DNA of 4,394 nucleotides from Escherichia coli (GTDB lineage Bacteria; Pseudomonadota; Gammaproteobacteria; Enterobacterales; Enterobacteriaceae): NCBI RefSeq assembly GCF_044324785.1, contig NZ_CP172132.1; one strand, 5' to 3'. Shown piece by piece: positions 1 to 4,394 of this stretch (position 1 is its first letter; each line of letters starts with the position of its first letter). The notes under the pieces were generated by a model. It saw only the letters and a program-made list of their open reading frames with translations, ran no database searches and was not told where the DNA came from. The position numbers and the translations under genes were made by a program.

Positions 1-1083
1 TGCTTTATGGATCTGCTTCTTAAGATGTTTTCTGGCTTTCCGCATAAGCTTCTTATGACTGTGCGCACGGCATAAGACCATTTGAAATTTGGTCGTTTGC
101 GTGTGCATGTGGAGTTTGAAGCTGTGCGGGCGTCACTTTCGTCAGCGTTAAAGCTGACAAAGTGACGCTCGCACGTCTACTCAACGAACCCGCATAAACT
201 GGCTCTTCACGGGATGTTTTTTAACATTTGAAGAAGTGACCAGACGTGAGCGTTTTTTTCAGCCTCATTCTGTATCGTACTGACGCTTCTCCGGACTGAC
301 TTCCTGAAAGCTTAGTACCAACTGCAGAATCACATTGTTTTTTAAGGAGTTTAATGTAGTGAGTTACCGAATCGGCGATATATCTGACAGGCAGATATAT
401 CGGGGGCGACCTTTAAAGGTACAGTTAATTCTGCGGTCGGTTAGCCAAACCGACTTGACACCCCGCTAAACCTGAACTGATTGCGTTACCCTGACGCACA
501 GGTACTCACTCACCGAAGGAACGTAACTACAAACCGTGTCGTCAGGTTAAATGCAGAAGCACAGAAAACAGGAAAGATATCCTGGAAACCACAGGGGAAT
601 GAGCATGTAGGTATCTTTGGTGTTATCCGGATCGCCGTAAACCCTGCCATGAAGGACAGATTTTGACGGCGATCAGGATAAAAAATGCCATAATGATTGT
701 GGCCTTAAAATTATCGAAAACACGAATTTAGTTTTACATTTGTGCGCGTATGTACGCCTCAAAAAAAACAACCAACGAAAAACAACTCATCAACAAAATA
801 ATAACAAAACCTTCTTGTTTTGTGATTTATGTTGCACAGTTTGATTGTAAGTCACATCTGTGAAACGAAATTGTTTTGCGCTATGGCACCTGATGAGATA
901 AAAGAAAGAGGGGTGTTTCTGTATCGTAAAGTCTCTAGCCGGATAGCTTTTCATTAGTAGTACAGAAACATCCCCACTCATCAGGATTCAGGATCGATAG
1001 CCATTCGATATAAGACTGCTGATTGTGTCTTCGTTAAAATCTATCTTTTCACGTGAGAATTAAGAACTGTTAATTCATCGTTT

Positions 1084-1118
1084 GTATCCCCTATCATTAG
1101 GATAGGGGATATTTTTAT
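1084..1118 (+). terminator. Rho-independent terminator-like hairpin
   Basis: An 11 bp stem (1085-1095 / 1101-1111) with a 5 nt loop ATTAG is followed directly by TTTTTAT. The T-run is only on the plus strand. Confidence 0.45.
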
Positions 1119-1196
1119 CGCAAAATACACACCAAAAGTAGTGTTATATAAGTTTTCAATGACCGTTTCTTACTGAAAAGAAGATAGGGGATTCGT

Positions 1197-1509
1197 GTTG
1201 ACATCCTCCATGCCCTGAAGGACGGGGTTTTACGGCGCACCGAGTAAATCTTCCCCCCGAAAGCCCAGTATCGGGGGGAAGATGCATTAACGGTTCGTCT
1301 TCGGACACTACCGTGATTGCGGTGATGAGCATATCAGCTCAACGGGAGAAATTGAACGCGTTTCTGACAGTGTGGCTAACACGGCGAAATAGACCTCAGA
1401 TATCTGCCAGAAACGCGTCACGTATTTTTAACGTGTATCAATATCCATGTCGAGATAGTTATCCGGTGTGCTGTAAAACCCCGTCCTTCAGGGCATGGAG
1501 GATGTCAAC
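1197..1509. repeat. Non-coding element bounded by 37 bp perfect (44/46 bp extended) inverted repeats; MITE-like or protein-recognition element
   Basis: GTTGACATCCTCCATGCCCTGAAGGACGGGGTTTTAC at 1197-1233 is the exact reverse complement of 1473-1509; the match extends to 1242 and 1464 with two mismatches. The 221 bp interior holds a 13 bp perfect-stem palindrome (1248-1260 / 1271-1283) and an 11 bp inverted pair (1356-1366 / 1408-1418). No transposase-sized ORF and no obvious target-site duplication. Confidence 0.7.
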
Positions 1510-1520
1510 TTAGATATGGA

Positions 1521-1547
1521 TAAAAAAAACCCTCAATGAATGAGGGT
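1521..1547 (-). terminator. Rho-independent terminator-like hairpin
   Basis: The minus strand reads ACCCTCA-TTCAT-TGAGGGT (7 bp stem, 5 nt loop) followed by a T8 run, which is the A8 at 1522-1529 on the plus strand. It faces the inverted-repeat element from the right. Confidence 0.5.
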
Positions 1548-2340
1548 AAGTGTAAGGAAGTACCTGATTTATTTTACATATTGACCATCAATAACTGAGC
1601 AAAAAAAAAAAAAATAACAAAACCATGACATAGATACAACCTATTTTTCCTGTGCAAGATTACCTCGTTTGCCATAAAACTCCGTTCTTCAGCTCAAGGA
1701 AAATTTTGAAAACCATAGCGTGTATCACTATATGAATGAATATATTGTTGCCATATTGTAGTGTAATATTTATTATTTTTTGACTGTTTTTAGTTTATTA
1801 TTTTATTTTTTCTATATTTCCAAAGATAATCTTTTTATATTCTGTTTCTCGATACTAGACATAAAATCAAATTCACGATAAATATTAATTGCGCGTTTCT
1901 GCCCCCCCCACACCTACTAATTACTACCTGTGTTTAGTTACACAATCAGAAACGCGCTTTTTAAGCGTTAAAATAGCGTGATGAACTCCTACAGATATTC
2001 AAATACCTCTACGTCATCGTGAAAGGACGCGCTTTGCCAGAGGCGAGGTTTTGTTTTCAAGTGTGCCCTGGTGCTTGATATCCATCCCGTCCTGAAGGTT
2101 GGAGATTCCTACGTTGCTCAGGCTTGCTCTTTAGTCACACATGAGTCACTTCGATGGGGGACTGCTGCTGGCGGCATTAACGCATCTCTCACGTCAAGTA
2201 ACACAAGTAATGTTCGACATGGTTTGCCATACCGCTCTCTAAAATCGATTTTGACGCAATTTATTTACTTGGTAGTACCATTGCATACCTGACACCAAAA
2301 AAACGAACCAGAGGGCGTTTTAGATGCCTTAAAATCGATT

Positions 2341-3033
2341 TTAGATCGTCATCTTGATCTGTTTGTCTTCCTTGAAGCGAAAATGCAGGGCTACAACCGT
2401 GCGCCCCTTCTTGATCGTCTCAACCGTTACAGCCAGGTCGCTTTTTTTGTTCAGTTCGTCAACACAGGGTTTTATTAGTATTTTATTTAAGTCTCTGAAT
2501 TGTTTGTATTTATTTTCAATCCCTAACATTGAACGAAAGTCATTAAGAGCAATAATTCTCTCTCCCGTACTGCGGAATTGCTGGAGGAGCTCGTATATTC
2601 TTATACTGTAACTACTTGATAAACCTGATATGTTTTTTATAACAACGCGCGTGAATTGCCCCTTCAGTTGCGTCAGATAAGGCATTACTGCGTCAGAAAA
2701 GGTTATTCGAGCCTTGGCCTCACCTTTAGCGTACTGTGCCCGATACTGGATCCAGCGGAACTCCTCACGCTTCTCGTCATCCTTGAGAATGATCGACCTG
2801 TCCCATAAACGATCGATCGCTTCCTGTAACTGAACCTCGGCATTTTTCCGCCCCATGTCAGGGAATGAATCAAAATATTCCGCAGCGGTAATGGTCATTG
2901 TCTTTTGCAATTCAGCATCAGCACCTGATTTCAATCGACTGATACACAGCAACAGAAAACGTTGTTCCTGTAGGGTCAACTTGTAGCTGGCCTCAACCAA
3001 AGCATTCGACTTGTAGGCAATCAAGTCCGACAT
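2341..3033 (-). CDS. repA: Plasmid replication initiator protein, Rep_3 family (iteron-binding; pSC101 RepA / F RepE / pPS10 RepA-like)
   Basis: Longest ORF in the window (230 aa), starting at ATG 3033-3031. The N-terminus MSDLIAYKSNALVEASYKLTLQEQRFLLLCISRL resembles, from memory, the N-termini of pSC101 RepA and F RepE; the central GLSSSYSIRIYELL and C-terminal VVALHFRF stretches resemble recalled pPS10 RepA. An iteron array lies immediately upstream. The 230 aa size is normal for the compact pPS10-type subfamily. No HMM or BLAST was run. Confidence 0.9.
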   Translation of the reverse strand: MSDLIAYKSNALVEASYKLTLQEQRFLLLCISRLKSGADAELQKTMTITAAEYFDSFPDMGRKNAEVQLQEAIDRLWDRSIILKDDEKREEFRWIQYRAQYAKGEAKARITFSDAVMPYLTQLKGQFTRVVIKNISGLSSSYSIRIYELLQQFRSTGERIIALNDFRSMLGIENKYKQFRDLNKILIKPCVDELNKKSDLAVTVETIKKGRTVVALHFRFKEDKQIKMTI

Positions 3034-3130
3034 ACAAAGATCCCGTTCAAATGTGGTGATGCTTTAATGTGCCCCACAAATAAGAAATGTGGAATATTTT
3101 TTTTTATATCCTCACATTTCTGTGAATAAC
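3034..3130 (-). promoter_or_regulatory. rep promoter/operator region with inverted repeat around a T9 tract
   Basis: GAAATGTG (3084-3091) and its reverse complement CACATTTC (3113-3120) flank a T9 run (3097-3105); a further direct copy AAATGTGG lies at 3049-3056. The arms resemble an iteron half (CCTCAC versus CCTCCAC), as in Rep autorepression operators. The -35/-10 hexamers could not be placed confidently. Confidence 0.4.
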
Positions 3131-3212
3131 ACCTTAAATTCCTCCACCTTTACCTTAAATTCCTCCACCTAAACACCTTAAATTCCTCCACCTTTACCTT
3201 AAATTCCTCCAC
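3131..3212. repeat. Iterons: four direct repeats ACCTTAAATTCCTCCAC(C)
   Basis: Copies start at 3131, 3152, 3175 and 3196; the first three are identical 18-mers and the fourth ends ...CCACA. Start-to-start spacing of 21, 23 and 21 bp is about two helical turns. The array sits between rep and the AT-rich region. Confidence 0.85.
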
Positions 3213-3223
3213 ATATACCACTG

Positions 3224-3236
3224 TAACATGTTGATT
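3224..3236 (-). promoter_or_regulatory. IHF binding site candidate
   Basis: The minus strand reads AATCAACATGTTA, a full match to the IHF consensus WATCAANNNNTTR. It lies between the iterons and the AT-rich segment, where IHF sites occur in pSC101-type origins. Confidence 0.35.
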
Positions 3237-3258
3237 TTATTAATGAATTTCACCCCTA

Positions 3259-3300
3259 AAACAAGTATTAAAAACAAGATCTTAAAAACAAGATCTAAAA
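3259..3300. repeat. AT-rich origin segment with three tandem AAAACAAG-type repeats, two carrying GATC
   Basis: AAAACAAGTATT, AAAAACAAGATCTT and AAAAACAAGATCT run in tandem; Dam GATC sites are at 3278-3281 and 3292-3295. Likely DNA unwinding element. Confidence 0.5.
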
Positions 3301-3315
3301 ACTTAACGGCGAGCC

Positions 3316-3324
3316 TGTGGAAAA
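3316..3324 (-). promoter_or_regulatory. DnaA box-like sequence
   Basis: The minus strand reads TTTTCCACA, which fits the relaxed DnaA consensus TTWTNCACA. A weaker second match, ATTTCCACA, is at 3414-3422 on the minus strand. Confidence 0.35.
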
Positions 3325-3495
3325 CTTGGGGTGTCCAAAACAAAAAATCATGAAAAACAACAGGTTACAAAAAAGCAGGTTCGCAAGCTTTAGCAAAACC
3401 CCGCTCAACCCTGTGGAAATCCAGTATTCATGCGGGTTCAGCGCATATCACCTGTCGAAAAACCGTGCGTATGTGCTCAATGTAACTTCCGGTTC

Positions 3496-3560
3496 TCTTC
3501 CGCTTCCTCGTCGATTCGCTCGCTACGCTCGGTCATCGACTTGCGGCGAGCGGGATCACC
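3496..3560 (-). other. ColE1/pMB1-type origin-distal conserved block (primosome-assembly-site-like hairpin)
   Basis: The minus strand reads GATCCCGCTCGCCGCAAGTCGATGACCGAGCGTAGCGAGCGAATCGACGAGGAAGCGGAAGAG. I recall the pBR322/pUC block as GATACCGCTCGCCGCAGCCGAACGACCGAGCGCAGCGAGTCAGTGAGCGAGGAAGCGGAAGAG, about 80% identical, with the GCTCGC/GCGAGC hairpin arms preserved. A CAGGGGGC...GGTTCCTGG motif 3760-3781 on the same strand recalls the CAGGGGGG...GGTTCCTGG near the ColE1 RNA/DNA switch. This is a memory-based comparison, not an alignment. Confidence 0.5.
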
Positions 3561-4054
3561 TCTCGCATGTTGTCGGTGATCCCGTTGTTGTTCTTTCGGG
3601 GATGAGTCGTCAGATAGCCCTTCAAACACGCTCAGAAGCTCTCAGACGCACGAAACGGGTTTAAATGCCCGCCAGGGCATGGAAGGCGCGAAAAACGCTT
3701 ACAGAGGGTTTCAGGAGGCCAGGCGCGCCGATACCCTTAACCAGGGGCTTTCAGGTCGCCAGGAACCGCGCCAGCCCCCTGCAAAGCCTCTTTGCACGGT
3801 ACAGGCAGCTGCTCGGTTGGTAGGTGGTCGCAGACCGATGATGTTGCAGCGGTGGGGGTCTGGGGTTCTCCCCAGTCGGTTTCCGGTTGCGCTCAAGGCG
3901 CAGCCGGGACCGTGGCGGCTTGGTGGATTTGAGGCGCGTTTCCGGGTCTCTGCGGCAGTACCCCTGAAATTTCGCTCGCCGGAAACACGCGGGTGTTGTT
4001 TTAACGTGTCCCGGTAGCGGTGTCCAGGCAGGTATGCTTCCGCCAGCGGAGTTG

Positions 4055-4084
4055 TTGATCTTGTGTTCTGTTTTTGGCTAGTAT
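4055..4084 (+). promoter_or_regulatory. Candidate sigma70 promoter (TTGATC - 18 bp - TAGTAT)
   Basis: -35-like TTGATC at 4055-4060 and -10-like TAGTAT at 4079-4084, separated by an 18 bp T-rich spacer. It would start transcription near 4091 into the tandem hairpin repeats. Hexamer match only. Confidence 0.25.
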
Positions 4085-4090
4085 TTGTCC

Positions 4091-4225
4091 GAAAACCTGT
4101 CGCTCCGGCGACCACCAATGTTCCATAGTGGCCTGTGAGGAACGCCTTCGGGTGGCCCACGTCGCTCCGGCGACCACCAATGCTCCATCTGACCTGTGAG
4201 GAGCGCCTTCGGGTGGTCAGTTTTA
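4091..4225 (+). ncRNA. Candidate ~135 nt structured small RNA covering the tandem hairpin repeats
   Basis: Lies downstream of the candidate promoter and contains two tandem units, each able to form a GTCGC-UCCG-GCGAC hairpin and a CC-UUCG-GG hairpin (UNCG-type loops only on this strand). It ends with a 6 bp stem CTGACC/GGTCAG followed by TTTTA. No protein-like ORF is present. Confidence 0.2.
4099..4220. repeat. Tandem direct repeat, two units of ~61 bp, each hairpin-forming
   Basis: Unit 1 is 4099-4160 and unit 2 is 4161-4220. They share GTCGCTCCGGCGACCACCAATG...CCATNN...CCTGTGAGGARCGCCTTCGGGTGG and differ mainly in the arms of a 6 bp stem (GTGGCC/GGCCCAC versus CTGACC/GGTCAG). Confidence 0.85.
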
Positions 4226-4394
4226 CACCTCCGTAGCCTGAAAGGAGCTGTGCGTGCTGATGGGATATGTTCCCGGAAGTACGGGTAAATCTGCACACCT
4301 TTGCGAGCAGATGTCACCACGGTTTACGTGATGATGAAGGCATTCCGGATTTCGTCCGGTACTTTTACTTTTTCTCAGCAGACTTTCATAAAAA

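Larger units (their letters stand above)
3034..3330. other. Iteron-type theta origin of replication (oriV) with rep promoter/operator
   Basis: Ordered modules upstream of rep: operator palindrome, four iterons, IHF consensus match, AT-rich GATC-containing repeats, DnaA-box-like 9-mer. This layout matches the established organisation of pSC101- and pPS10-type origins. Confidence 0.7.

Noticed and set aside
1-75. Open frame from the window edge to a TAA at 73-75 (CFMDLLLKMFSGFPHKLLMTVRTA), possibly the 3' end of an upstream gene
   Set aside because: Only 24 codons are visible, which is too little to judge; it cannot be supported from this window.
481-981. 61 aa ORF (481-666, +) and 63 aa ORF (790-981, -)
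   Set aside because: No ribosome-binding sites, no recognisable motifs, and they lie in a region dominated by palindromes and AT-rich tracts.
1313-1513. 66 aa ORF inside the inverted-repeat-bounded element
   Set aside because: It runs through the right inverted-repeat arm and the internal palindromes, has no ribosome-binding site, and is far too small for a transposase or reverse transcriptase. I also considered retron and IS identities for the element and found no supporting enzyme ORF in the window.
2071-2292. 73 aa ORF on the plus strand
   Set aside because: No ribosome-binding site, serine/threonine-rich low-complexity translation, and it overlaps a palindrome copy. Not credible as a gene.
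2297-2340. Possible rep terminator on the minus strand (T7 run read from A7 at 2297-2303)
   Set aside because: The preceding stem is only about 4 bp and weak, so an intrinsic terminator cannot be supported.
2354-2611. 85 aa ORF on the plus strand
   Set aside because: It lies entirely antisense within the rep coding sequence, a typical shadow ORF.
3131-3212. Iteron array and the 4099-4220 tandem repeats as a possible CRISPR array
   Set aside because: The iteron spacers are only 3-5 bp and the 61 bp units abut with no spacer at all; neither matches CRISPR repeat-spacer architecture, and there are no cas genes.
3317-3664. 115 aa ORF on the plus strand
   Set aside because: It spans the DnaA-box-like site and the ColE1-like hairpin block, has no Shine-Dalgarno, and its translation is not protein-like. 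The underlying sequence is better explained as origin DNA.
3711-4298. 195 aa ORF on the minus strand, plus overlapping ORFs 3679-4017 (+) and 4078-4320 (-)
   Set aside because: All lie in the GC-rich structured region and overlap each other on opposite strands. The translations are Arg/Gly/Ser-rich, low-complexity and repeat-derived, with no ribosome-binding site. This is the usual pattern for spurious ORFs in GC-rich non-coding DNA.
4244-4331. GGAG followed by GTG/ATG (4254/4260) opening a 23-25 codon ORF
   Set aside because: Very short with no recognisable features, and it lies in the region proposed as structured RNA or promoter. Insufficient evidence for a peptide.

Overview
This 4.4 kb window reads as a plasmid basic replicon and is unusually gene-poor. 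The only convincing protein gene is a 230-aa Rep_3-family iteron-binding initiator (2341-3033, minus strand). Directly upstream of it lies a canonical theta-type origin: an operator-like palindrome around a T9 tract, four 17-18 bp iterons at 21-23 bp phasing, an IHF consensus match, an AT-rich segment with GATC-bearing repeats, and a DnaA-box-like 9-mer. Just beyond that origin (3496-3560) a block resembles, from memory, the conserved origin-distal hairpin region of ColE1/pMB1 plasmids, followed by about 600 bp of GC-rich non-coding DNA ending in two tandem ~61 bp hairpin-forming repeats. The 2.3 kb on the other side of rep has no convincing CDS but is dense in structured DNA: a 313 bp element bounded by 37 bp perfect inverted repeats and bracketed by convergent terminator-like hairpins, two copies of a CGCGTTTCTG/CAGAAACGCG palindrome pair, long homopolymers (A14, C8) and a very AT-rich block. 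All calls rest on reading the sequence and on recalled family features; no database search or folding was run. No rRNA, tRNA or CRISPR array was seen.
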